A DNA stretch of 64,000 bases from an uncultured Desulfurococcaceae archaeon. Its GTDB lineage: Archaea; Thermoproteota; Thermoprotei_A; Sulfolobales; NBVN01. Positions 28,626 to 37,564 of this stretch are shown here, one piece after another (position 1 is the first letter of the stretch; each line of letters opens with the position of its first letter). Where the stretch lies: NCBI GenBank assembly GCA_964627805.1, contig CAZVLA010000013.1, forward strand, positions 2,046 through 66,045, given 5' to 3'. The notes beneath the pieces were generated by a model. The model was not told the DNA's origin, did no database searches, and saw nothing but the letters and a program-made list of their open reading frames with translations. The translations under genes were made by a program, and so were the position numbers.

Positions 28626-30624
28626 CTCTAAGGCTCTCAAAGAAATTATCTAGATTGCTTACTACGAAACCTCTGTCTTTAGCTTCTCTCTCAATTAATA
28701 ATCTACGTTGCGCTCTCACAAGTTCTAATATAAATGGCTTACTAGTGGTTCTAGGTACTTCTTTAGATCTTAGTAGTGCTGGTAATATCACCTTATTAAC
28801 TAATAAATTAGATATAGGGCATAAGTCAATGCAAGAAAGACATCTCAAGCACTTACTCTTACTTATTACTGGTTTCTGATTAATTACTTTAATGGCTTCA
28901 GTAGGGCATATACTCTCGCAAAGTCCGCAATTAACGCAGAAGGCATATCTAATGCCTACCTTAAGTACTAATGACAGTAATTCCATAAAGTTTTCCCCAT
29001 CGATAATTATTCTTAAACTACGTGAGTCAATGATTATTCTAGAGTCTCCAGCATTAATTACACTTAATTCGTTTTTAAGACTGCTTAAGTTACCAATTAG
29101 GAAGTAATTCTCGATTAAGCCATTAATAACTTTTCCCTCTTTGAAAAATATCTCAGCGTGCCTCCCTTCACGATCTAATTTAAGCTCTATCTTAGTCGGT
29201 GAGCGAAGAGATAGTTCACGAATCCAATCACTTACTTTCTTCATTCCCAACCATATCTCAACCCTTCTCCTCCCCTGCCCTAGTGGATCTAACCATCTCC
29301 AAAGGTGATAGCGAACCCAGTTTATGTCCTTATTTAGTTTCCTCCTCCAGAACTCCAGCTCTCTAACCCACCTGCTCCATATGTGAGGGAATTTCTTACT
29401 TACTATGTGGTACTCAGCCATGTAAGCTGCTGGACAGAGGAAGCACCCCAGTCTATCAAATCCCTGGAAATAGAGTTCATTAACGGGTAATCCTTCACTG
29501 ATTATGTACAGCCACTCACATAATTGATCCCATTCACGAATAGGCGTTATATTGAGTGCATATGGCAACCATTTATTCCTCCATACGGAACCTACCCAAG
29601 ACCTATCTACGGACTCTAATGCTCTCTGACCTATTATCGCTAGTAATCCATCACTGAAAAATCTCTTATAGACTTTAGCGATCGGGGCTAACTTAACAAC
29701 TTTACAGCACCACCTATAATCTTTAGCTGGCGGACCGAATACCTTGACGGCATCCCAAAACTTACCATTGGCTGATGCTTCAATTAATTCCAAACCGTAC
29801 CTATTAGTTACATACTCAACATTTCTAATTACGGGAGGTAACTCGATACCTGTATTATTAAATAGTAACTTAGGCTCTATTCCGGCAATTAGGCAGAGAT
29901 GCAGGGATAGTAGCGAATCCTTACCTCCCGAGTAAGAAAGTATCACAGGCAATCTAACCTTACTACTCATTATGTATATATGCTTAACAGACTTCGACAC
30001 TAACTCTCTTAAGTACCCTTCATTAGCTCTATATACATCGTTAAGTGATGTTGAGCTCTTAAGGTTAGGGTATTTAATAGATGTCTTAATTAATGATTGA
30101 ACCCTATACTTACCTCTTCTACATAAAGCCAAAGCTATGGGTTCTCCTGAATTGCTAACTACGACTGCTTGATCACCATCACGGCTGCAGTCACCAAGCA
30201 CTTCAAGAGGTCTTACTTTATCTCTTCTAAAGACCTTAACTAATCCGTAATTAATAGCTAGGAGGATACTGTAACCAGCTAGTCTCCACCTCCACATCAG
30301 GTACTTCGGGTCGAAGTAAACCCTACCTACCTTCTCTCCACCAACAATGACCTCCTTCATGTCGTCGATATGCGGTACCTTATTTAAGTAGGTATTACCT
30401 ACATTCATGTTCAGGGTTTTTCTAATTATGTCCGTACTAAACTCATTTAACAAAGCCTCCTCTATTAATTTTAAGTCACCCTCAAAAGCTGGTCTTAAAT
30501 CGCCTGGCTCCATAATATGTAGTCTCCTAGATTTACCACCGCATATTCCACATATTGGTGTTCTTAAAGGAACGTTACAGTTGCTACACCAGTAGAGCTC
30601 TTTAATTACTCCCCAACGCCTCAT
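28615..30624 (-). CDS. PAPS-reductase/PP-loop family protein with N-terminal zinc ribbon and C-terminal 2x[4Fe-4S] ferredoxin domain
   Basis: 669 aa. It has an N-terminal CSNCNVPL...CGICGG, the PP-loop SYSGGKDSLLSL, WCCKVVKLAPI, DRLGCFLCPA, and C-terminal CVNCGLCESICP plus CLRCLSCIDLCP. Confidence 0.75.
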   Translation of the reverse strand: MRRWGVIKELYWCSNCNVPLRTPICGICGGKSRRLHIMEPGDLRPAFEGDLKLIEEALLNEFSTDIIRKTLNMNVGNTYLNKVPHIDDMKEVIVGGEKVGRVYFDPKYLMWRWRLAGYSILLAINYGLVKVFRRDKVRPLEVLGDCSRDGDQAVVVSNSGEPIALALCRRGKYRVQSLIKTSIKYPNLKSSTSLNDVYRANEGYLRELVSKSVKHIYIMSSKVRLPVILSYSGGKDSLLSLHLCLIAGIEPKLLFNNTGIELPPVIRNVEYVTNRYGLELIEASANGKFWDAVKVFGPPAKDYRWCCKVVKLAPIAKVYKRFFSDGLLAIIGQRALESVDRSWVGSVWRNKWLPYALNITPIREWDQLCEWLYIISEGLPVNELYFQGFDRLGCFLCPAAYMAEYHIVSKKFPHIWSRWVRELEFWRRKLNKDINWVRYHLWRWLDPLGQGRRRVEIWLGMKKVSDWIRELSLRSPTKIELKLDREGRHAEIFFKEGKVINGLIENYFLIGNLSSLKNELSVINAGDSRIIIDSRSLRIIIDGENFMELLSLVLKVGIRYAFCVNCGLCESICPTEAIKVINQKPVISKSKCLRCLSCIDLCPISNLLVNKVILPALLRSKEVPRTTSKPFILELVRAQRRLLIEREAKDRGFVVSNLDNFFESLRDIS

Positions 30625-30726
30625 AGTATTACCCTATGTAATTGCTGATTAATGCACTTACTGCCTAATTTAATTTATCCTTGATTCTTATTAACCCCCT
30701 CAGTATCCTTCCTTGAGGATCGTGAA

Positions 30727-31860
30727 TTGAGAGTAGCTTACGTGAGTAGGTACCCACCCATGCACTGTGGCGTAGCTGAGTATACCCGAATGCTCATTAC
30801 GTTCCTAAGAAGTGTAGCTCCCTCAATTAAGGTTTATGTCTTCTCGACGAACGAGTCCTTAGGCACGGAGTATATTGAGGGGGAGAGTAATGTTAGAGTA
30901 ATACCTTGTTTTAGAAGATTTGAAAGTGATTATACCTCATTATTGAATGCTTTGGAATCTATAGGTAGCTTAGATTTAATACATATTCAGCATGAGTACG
31001 GGATATTCGGATATTCATTAAGTCTATTAAAGGCATTACAGGAGGCTAAAGAGCTTGGGTTAATTAAGAAGATAGTAATTACTATGCATACGGTTCAGCA
31101 TCCATTATCAGGGGATTTCAAAGCTATTAATTTCCAGAGAAGCCTTGCAAAGTTCGTTGATTTGGTCATAGTACATAGTAGGCTTCAAGAATTTGAGCTT
31201 CAGGTTCAAGGTGTAAATATAGGTAAGATAGTTAGGATACCACATGGTACATTACTTAACCCCTACCTAGGTATGCCTAAGGATAAATTATTAGCTAGTA
31301 TCGGTGTTAAAGGTAGGTTAGGGAGGCCGTTATTGGTGCTTCCTGGATTCATTAGAAAGGATAAGGGAGTTGATGTACTAATTAATGCCTTAGATATCTT
31401 AAATAAGAAACCAATACTAGTAGTGGCTGGTGAGCCTCGAGATGAGGATGTTCTAGAGCTAATTAAGGATAGGAAGTACGTAGTATTACTTAGTAAATAC
31501 CTAAGTAGTGACGAGATACTTAGGGTTACTGCCTCAGCAGATATAATAGTCATGCCCTATAGGGATAGGCCGGGAACGTACTCCGTAAGTGGCATACTTC
31601 ACCTCTCTATGGGTGCTTTAAAACCCATCGTGGGTACTAGAGTACCTAGGCTCGTGGAACTCTATGAGAACGCTAATAAATTAACCGTAACTCCTGAGGA
31701 CTCTAAGGAATTAGCTAAGGTAATTAACTGGGTACTAAATCATTACGACTACGCAGTGGTTTACGCTTCATCACTATATAGCTACGCAGTAAGGGTGCAA
31801 TGGGCGCGGATGGCTAGGAGGCATCTAAGAATTTACAGAAGAATATCTAAGGTTAAGTAG
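30727..31860 (+). CDS. glycosyltransferase, GT-B fold (GT4-like)
   Basis: 377 aa. It has the N-terminal VSRYPPMHCGVAEYT and the C-terminal donor-binding-like region VVAGEPRDE...ADIIVMPYRD. Confidence 0.75.
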   Translation: MRVAYVSRYPPMHCGVAEYTRMLITFLRSVAPSIKVYVFSTNESLGTEYIEGESNVRVIPCFRRFESDYTSLLNALESIGSLDLIHIQHEYGIFGYSLSLLKALQEAKELGLIKKIVITMHTVQHPLSGDFKAINFQRSLAKFVDLVIVHSRLQEFELQVQGVNIGKIVRIPHGTLLNPYLGMPKDKLLASIGVKGRLGRPLLVLPGFIRKDKGVDVLINALDILNKKPILVVAGEPRDEDVLELIKDRKYVVLLSKYLSSDEILRVTASADIIVMPYRDRPGTYSVSGILHLSMGALKPIVGTRVPRLVELYENANKLTVTPEDSKELAKVINWVLNHYDYAVVYASSLYSYAVRVQWARMARRHLRIYRRISKVK

Positions 31861-31911
31861 AGACTAATCACAAGAACCCTTTAATACCCCCCTATAATTA
31901 CGGGTGGGGAG

Positions 31912-32175
31912 GTGAGCGTACTAAGCTTTATACAGCAACTAACGACTCAGCTTATGTCAATAGCTTGGCTTCTCTTTCTAGTCACTTGGATAGTTGGTTG
32001 GGCAATAAAAGGTTCTCCAGTTCCTTTCCATAAAGTTAAGAGAGCTGGGCAGAGCCTAGTTGAGGATGCAGTAATGGCTGCGTTCTGGATGGCTATGGGC
32101 TCAACTATCTTCGCTATAATATCGTACATAGTCAATAATGTATACCAACCGATGCCACCTGCACCCTCACCTTAG
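31912..32175 (+). CDS. small two-helix membrane protein (VirB2/CedA1/TedC-like hairpin architecture, tentative)
   Basis: 87 aa. Hydrophobic helices IAWLLFLVTWIVGWAI and AVMAAFWMAMGSTIFAIISYIV are joined by the basic loop KGSPVPFHKVKRAGQS. A GGGGAGGTG SD-like run sits at the GTG start, and the exact start is uncertain. Confidence 0.5.
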   Translation: MSVLSFIQQLTTQLMSIAWLLFLVTWIVGWAIKGSPVPFHKVKRAGQSLVEDAVMAAFWMAMGSTIFAIISYIVNNVYQPMPPAPSP

Positions 32176-32189
32176 AAGGTGATGCCTAG

Positions 32190-33560
32190 TTGGACATACT
32201 TATACTAGCATCTAGCTTAGCGATGCTAAGCTACGTAATTGGTGTTATAGTATATGCTTTACCTGTGCCCTATAGGCCTATTAAGAAACTAGGTATGGCT
32301 TTCATAATTGATGCTATCGTAGCAATGATTCTAATAACTATCTATAACGTATTCATTTACGTAGGTGACTTCATATTAAATCTACTTAATTTAACGTGGC
32401 TTGACTTTTATAGATGGTTGGTAAGTAGAACAGCTGTGTTAGTTGGTGTATTTACGGGGCTTTCATACTTACTATCAATGATTAAGGTCTCGCAGTACTC
32501 ATTTATTCTCTCTCCCCTTAATCTAGTCCTTACGTATATCTCACTTTCCCTATCTGCATTAAAGATTGTCTACTTTCTCTCGACACTCATCTTTAAGTTT
32601 CGTAAGGAGTTAGTACTACTTGGAGTGCTTCTTTACTCATTACCGTTTAGGATAGGTAAGGGAGTAGGGGCGTTCTTAATAGCTTGTTCAATAGTACTCT
32701 ACGTCGGTTTCCCTCTAATGCCTGCTTTCGTGAGTTACTTTGAGGGTAACATAATTAGTAGCGGTAACTTCGGACCGACCACAATATATGGTACTATAGT
32801 TGATGGAGCTGGTAATTACCTACCGTACTCAGTACTTTTAGTATACCTAAAGAAAGTAAGTAGCCCTCACGCAATACCGTCGGCAGTAATACTAACTAAT
32901 GATAGAGGTAAGTTCGTATTAGGTGATGGTAAGGATATAATACCTAAGAACACTACGTTGTATCTACGTGTAGAGTATTTAGGCTACGTATTTGTACCTC
33001 AGCCAAATGAATTCATCGCTAAAGGATTTAAGAAGAATATAGTATTGAGGGTGAATTCCATTATTTACTCAGCAGGTGTAGCATTACTCATACCTTTTAA
33101 CTATGTATTACTGAATAAGTTCATTACTGGCAACCTAATCGATGTAACATTAAAGCCTATTAGTAATAATAAAGTACTAAGCTTAACACTAATTAAGTAC
33201 CACAGCACACCAATATACAGAATAGCAATCAATAACAAAGAATATATATGTAATTGGTCGGTCTTGAGCTGGAGGGGTATTAAATTAAGTTCTTGCACAT
33301 TAAACATTAAGCTAAGTAATGACTTATTCAATATAATAATATTCCATGAATCTATGGAACCCAAGAGACCCAATGTAAATCAGAAGAGATTACTATTATT
33401 AAGTGGTATAAGCGACTTAATAGCTGGCTACATATCATTAGGTGTTTCACTTCTTTACTCATTGATTTTCCTGCCAGGTATGTACGTCTCACTTCTCTTA
33501 GCTATGTCAGCGGCTCTTTCTAGGGTATTAGGTGGTGGAATAAGAATTAAGCTAATATAG
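32190..33560 (+). CDS. polytopic membrane protein with central beta-rich extracytoplasmic domain
   Basis: 456 aa. It has about six N-terminal TM segments, a ~200-aa hydrophilic beta-rich insert (GTIVDGAGNYLPYSVLLVYL...) and two C-terminal TM segments. The TTG start is preceded by AGGTGA. Confidence 0.6.
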   Translation: MDILILASSLAMLSYVIGVIVYALPVPYRPIKKLGMAFIIDAIVAMILITIYNVFIYVGDFILNLLNLTWLDFYRWLVSRTAVLVGVFTGLSYLLSMIKVSQYSFILSPLNLVLTYISLSLSALKIVYFLSTLIFKFRKELVLLGVLLYSLPFRIGKGVGAFLIACSIVLYVGFPLMPAFVSYFEGNIISSGNFGPTTIYGTIVDGAGNYLPYSVLLVYLKKVSSPHAIPSAVILTNDRGKFVLGDGKDIIPKNTTLYLRVEYLGYVFVPQPNEFIAKGFKKNIVLRVNSIIYSAGVALLIPFNYVLLNKFITGNLIDVTLKPISNNKVLSLTLIKYHSTPIYRIAINNKEYICNWSVLSWRGIKLSSCTLNIKLSNDLFNIIIFHESMEPKRPNVNQKRLLLLSGISDLIAGYISLGVSLLYSLIFLPGMYVSLLLAMSAALSRVLGGGIRIKLI

Positions 33561-33569
33561 GGTGAGGAA

Positions 33570-33755
33570 ATGATGAGTAGGTTAAGAAGATATAGCATAG
33601 AAATTCTATTGACGGTATTTATAGTGTCTGTACTCCTAAGTGAGGCTGATAACGCATCCCGTAGCGATATAATTATACTTTCCATAGTGTTAATTACGGC
33701 TTTAATAGCTACTAGGTTTCTTAGGAAAACCTTAGGTACCGTAGCTACACTCTAG
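33570..33755 (+). CDS. small two-helix membrane protein
   Basis: 61 aa with helices IEILLTVFIVSVLL and IIILSIVLITALIATRFL. The ATG is preceded by GGGTGAGGA, 9 nt after the upstream stop. Confidence 0.4.
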   Translation: MMSRLRRYSIEILLTVFIVSVLLSEADNASRSDIIILSIVLITALIATRFLRKTLGTVATL

Positions 33756-33805
33756 TAAGTCGATACGTGGTCTTAATGAGTAATGTGATTAACACTTCAG
33801 ACCTA

Positions 33806-34054
33806 TTACCTAAATATTACTAAATCTTTCTTACGCCATTTTACACTATCTCTTCTTAGGTATTCTTCGACACCCTCAGCCGTCCCTTCTATGGATACGA
33901 AATATAATTCCTTAACCACCTTACTTCTCACGGCCTTAATTACTTTGTACCTTCTAGATATCTCTTCAATGATCTTCCGTGCTTCATCGTCATTAAACGT
34001 TACGAATACTACATCAGTTCTTACGTACTTAACGCTCCTTAACTGCTTGCTCAT
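33806..34054 (-). CDS. hypothetical small protein
   Basis: 82 aa. It overlaps the 3' end of the upstream gene by 26 nt, and no motif is recognised. Confidence 0.4.
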   Translation of the reverse strand: MSKQLRSVKYVRTDVVFVTFNDDEARKIIEEISRRYKVIKAVRSKVVKELYFVSIEGTAEGVEEYLRRDSVKWRKKDLVIFR

Positions 34055-34490
34055 TAATTACCTGCCCTCCCTTATTACTTAATACGTAGTTATATAGTTT
34101 TACCGCTATCTCCAGCTCCTTACTAAAGGCATGGATTACCCTCTGAGGAGCCACGGAATCTCTCCTTACATTAGCTTGAACCCAATCACAAATAAATGAT
34201 AGGTGCACCTCACCAGTTTTTATGTTTACTAACAAGGGAAACATACTGCAGGAGGCAGGTTTCTTATCATGTATTCTACATGAGGAACTAGATACATCGT
34301 AGAATGGGCAGAAGCCACTAATAATCCAAAGATAGAATATACCCCCTAGATGCTTAAATAGTAGTTTAACGTTAAAGCGCTTACTAAGTTCCTTTAATCT
34401 CTCAACCTCAGGCTCGGTGACTATTGGGTACTCATTAGGAGTAGTGAAGAAGCAGCAATGCATGCACCTATAACACTTAAACTCATTCAT
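34029..34490 (-). CDS. YkgJ/UPF0153-type Zn/Fe-chelating (CxxCxxCC) domain protein
   Basis: 153 aa with FKCYRCMHCCF plus downstream Cys residues (FCPFYD, SCRIHD, ASCSMFP). Confidence 0.65.
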   Translation of the reverse strand: MNEFKCYRCMHCCFFTTPNEYPIVTEPEVERLKELSKRFNVKLLFKHLGGIFYLWIISGFCPFYDVSSSSCRIHDKKPASCSMFPLLVNIKTGEVHLSFICDWVQANVRRDSVAPQRVIHAFSKELEIAVKLYNYVLSNKGGQVINEQAVKER

Positions 34491-34493
34491 GAT

Positions 34494-34898
34494 TTACCCA
34501 CCACACATAAGCTTTATTGTCACTATATCATTATCGTGTAACATAAGCTCCTTCCTCAGCCCAATATCGCTGACTACCTCTAATACCTTCGTATCATGTT
34601 TACTCCTGAAAGGCCTCAATACGATCACACGTAAACTCCTGTTTCTAAACCTTATGAATCCATACCAATAAATGAATCCTCCATAGATTCTACCATTACG
34701 CTCGATATTATTCATGAGGGACGGTTTGCATTTATTTACTAATGAATTTAGATCTAATTCATTAATTAACTTAATATTTAACGTACCTGGATAAGGATCC
34801 TTCTTAAGTAATTCCCTAAATAATTTCCTATATACATCCATAGACATGAACTTCCTACCTAAGCCTAACCCCGAAGTAACTACTCCTTTAATAATCAC
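34494..34898 (-). CDS. ribK: CTP-dependent riboflavin kinase (archaeal type)
   Basis: 134 aa with GVVTSGLGLGRKFM, PYPGTLNIKL and VLEVVS. Confidence 0.8.
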   Translation of the reverse strand: MIIKGVVTSGLGLGRKFMSMDVYRKLFRELLKKDPYPGTLNIKLINELDLNSLVNKCKPSLMNNIERNGRIYGGFIYWYGFIRFRNRSLRVIVLRPFRSKHDTKVLEVVSDIGLRKELMLHDNDIVTIKLMCGG

Positions 34899-35567
34899 TT
34901 ACGCTCTCCTCCTTAACCTTCTCCTCTCTAACTTACTTATTAAGTCAGCAACGTACGTAGGTTCGGGGAGGTAGTGATTACCCTTAAACAGTTTAGGAGC
35001 TAGCTCCTCAATATCACTTAATGACACCTTATGTCCTATACTTAGATATACATACTTACTGCCTCTTCTAACAACTAAAGCTGCGGGTTCACTATCTATA
35101 AACAGGTATTCCTTACTTCCCACGACTCTTACGTTACCAGTAAGTACCCTCTTAGCAGCACCTATTGTTGGTACATCAAGTACTACACCTATATGTGACG
35201 CTATACCAAACCTCCTAGGATGCGTTATTCCGTGACCATCAACTACTACCAAATCAGCGTCTCTACCTATGGACTTAGTAAGGACTTCATACGCTTTAAA
35301 TAAGAGAGGGGCCTCCCTAAAAGCTAGTAGGCCAGGGACGTAAGGTATGTGTATGGGACCCTTAATGACTACATACTTAATTAATTCGAGGCTAGGGAAT
35401 GAATGCATCGTAGCAACAGCTAAGCCTATACCCGATACGTAAGATACGTCAAGTCCAGCAACTAGGCTTATCTTACTTAAATCTAATGAGACATTAGTTA
35501 TTACTAGAGATGATAACTTCCTTTGAAGGGCTATAGCTTTAGATGCTTTAAACTCTATATTATCCAT
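34899..35567 (-). CDS. nfi: endonuclease V
   Basis: 222 aa with AGLDVSY, GLLAFREAPLL and VVDGHGITHPRRFGIASHIGV. Confidence 0.9.
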   Translation of the reverse strand: MDNIEFKASKAIALQRKLSSLVITNVSLDLSKISLVAGLDVSYVSGIGLAVATMHSFPSLELIKYVVIKGPIHIPYVPGLLAFREAPLLFKAYEVLTKSIGRDADLVVVDGHGITHPRRFGIASHIGVVLDVPTIGAAKRVLTGNVRVVGSKEYLFIDSEPAALVVRRGSKYVYLSIGHKVSLSDIEELAPKLFKGNHYLPEPTYVADLISKLERRRLRRRA

Positions 35568-35596
35568 GACTCCTACACTATCACTTTAAGTATTAA

Positions 35597-36211
35597 TTAC
35601 CTAATTAAGTGTGTGTACTCCCTACTACCTTCTGGAGAGATTACCACTACATCAACACCATCGCCTGAAACAGCATCCCTACTTATCGCTGCCTCAATAG
35701 CTTTAATGGCTAGTTTCTCAGCATCCTCTAAACTAATGTCCTTCTTATATCCGGACTCTAGAATACCTATAGCTATAGGTGCGCCAGTACCTATAGCTGC
35801 GTAATCATCCTCTATCAATGAGCCTAAAGCATCCATTACGTACAGATGAGGTCCTGTCTCATCAATACCCGCGAATATAACCTCAGAGAGGAAAGGAAGT
35901 GCCTTGTACTGATACAGGATTACTGAAAGTAACCTAGCTGCTGACCTAACACTTATTGGTCTCATATTCTCAATTTCGTAGGAGTGGATCTGTACCTCCA
36001 TAACCCTCTTTAATGTCTGTATATCAGCGAACAACCCCGCAAAAGCTAATCCATACCTATCCTTTATCTTAAATACCTTCCTAGCTGACTTACTAAGGAC
36101 GAAACCACCATACGATACTCTCTTCTCAGCAGCTAATACTACTGAGTCCTTGGTTCTAATCCCTACAGCAGTTGCTCCAGTACCTAACCTCTCATACCCC
36201 ACTCTAAGCAC
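35597..36211 (-). CDS. psmB: proteasome beta subunit (Thr1 position apparently Ala)
   Basis: 204 aa. GTGATAVGIRTKDSVVLAAEKR aligns with the canonical G/TTTVGIxxKDxVVLAADKR. The Glu17 and Lys33 equivalents are present, but Ala occupies the Thr1 position. Confidence 0.9.
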   Translation of the reverse strand: MLRVGYERLGTGATAVGIRTKDSVVLAAEKRVSYGGFVLSKSARKVFKIKDRYGLAFAGLFADIQTLKRVMEVQIHSYEIENMRPISVRSAARLLSVILYQYKALPFLSEVIFAGIDETGPHLYVMDALGSLIEDDYAAIGTGAPIAIGILESGYKKDISLEDAEKLAIKAIEAAISRDAVSGDGVDVVVISPEGSREYTHLIR

Positions 36212-36251
36212 CGAGGCTAACTACGCTATAGAAATTTAAGAGTTTAGTTAA

Positions 36252-36527
36252 GTGGTATGTCTTGGATTGGTTAATGTGAGGCGTGGGGAGCTTACGGATA
36301 TTATGAAGAGGATTAAATGGGTGTATAGAGGTAGGTATGACTTAGTAGAGATATCGTATATTGAGAGATTAGGTGGGAATGAAGTAATTAAAGAATTATC
36401 CCTAAATAACGATATAGAACTTTCATTAGATAGGATAGTAGTTGGTGATAAGGTAATACCAATACATAGGGTAGTAGCCATTAAGGTAGGGGGTAAGGTA
36501 GTTTGGGAGAGGCTAAGAAGTGCTTAA
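36252..36527 (+). CDS. DUF504/UPF0248-family small protein
   Basis: 91 aa (or 74 aa from ATG 36303). RIKWVY...ISYIER...IPIHRVVAIKVGGKVVWER matches the DUF504 pattern. Confidence 0.55.
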   Translation: MVCLGLVNVRRGELTDIMKRIKWVYRGRYDLVEISYIERLGGNEVIKELSLNNDIELSLDRIVVGDKVIPIHRVVAIKVGGKVVWERLRSA

Positions 36528-37564
36528 GTGACCTACTGAAGGGCGTATACGTACCTCCATTCGAGGAAATTAGAAGGAAAGTACTGGAAATATACAATGA
36601 ACCAGTACCTCTACAGAAAGGTATTAGGAGAAGAGCGTTAGTTAAGTACCTAATAAGAATAAGGAAGATGGATAACTACGTAAACACTCATGTATTTAAT
36701 GAAATAGAAAAACTGCCTCGTGGGGATGCTATTCATAAATTTTACTTAGAACTAATGAAGTTAGGCGGAGTTAACAATTATGAAGAGATAATTAATGATT
36801 TAATGCGTAGACGATACATAGTGAATAAACTAACTAGGGAATACCTAGAGAAAGTCAGAATGAGTTTTGACGTAGCTGAAGCTAAGAAAATGACACGAGA
36901 GTACGTAGGTAGGTTACTCTCAGTCTTTAGACGAAGTAGGCACTACCTTAACGCATTGAGTAGAGCTATTAAAGAGTTAAGAAGTATGCCATGCATCGAC
37001 ATGGATCTACCTAAGATAGTGGTTGCTGGCATGCCTCAAGTAGGTAAGTCAACCTTCGTAAGGGTAGTATCAACAGCTAAGCCTGAGGTCTCTCCTTTCC
37101 CATTCACAACGAAGGAAATAATAGTGGGGCATAGGTTAATTAATTATCAATACGTCCAAATAATAGATACTCCAGGAATTCTTGATAGACCATTCAATAA
37201 ATTAAATGAAATTGAGAGAAGAGCTCTTACAGCAATAAAGTACCTTACAGATGCTTTAATATTCCTCATAGATCCTTATGAGGCATCATATTATCCATTA
37301 GAAAGTCAAATAAATCTCTTAAAGAACATTATTACACACCTTATTAATTCTGAGAAAGTTGTTGTTGCCGTAAATAAGGTTGATGTAGTAAGTAAGGAAA
37401 GAATATCGTTCGTAGTAAGCAGGATTAGGGAGGTATTTAAAGGTGATATAATGGTTATGAGTGCTTTAAAGAATTATAACGTACTTAATGTACTTAATAG
37501 GGCATTAAGTAAGATTAGTAATGAACTGAATCAACAACATTCGGAATCGTTAACTCGTAAGTAG
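36503..37564 (+). CDS. NOG1-like GTP-binding protein
   Basis: 353 aa with a helical N-terminal domain, then G1 AGMPQVGKST, G2 FPFTT, G3 IIDTPGILDRP and G4 NKVD. Confidence 0.8.
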   Translation: MGEAKKCLSDLLKGVYVPPFEEIRRKVLEIYNEPVPLQKGIRRRALVKYLIRIRKMDNYVNTHVFNEIEKLPRGDAIHKFYLELMKLGGVNNYEEIINDLMRRRYIVNKLTREYLEKVRMSFDVAEAKKMTREYVGRLLSVFRRSRHYLNALSRAIKELRSMPCIDMDLPKIVVAGMPQVGKSTFVRVVSTAKPEVSPFPFTTKEIIVGHRLINYQYVQIIDTPGILDRPFNKLNEIERRALTAIKYLTDALIFLIDPYEASYYPLESQINLLKNIITHLINSEKVVVAVNKVDVVSKERISFVVSRIREVFKGDIMVMSALKNYNVLNVLNRALSKISNELNQQHSESLTRK

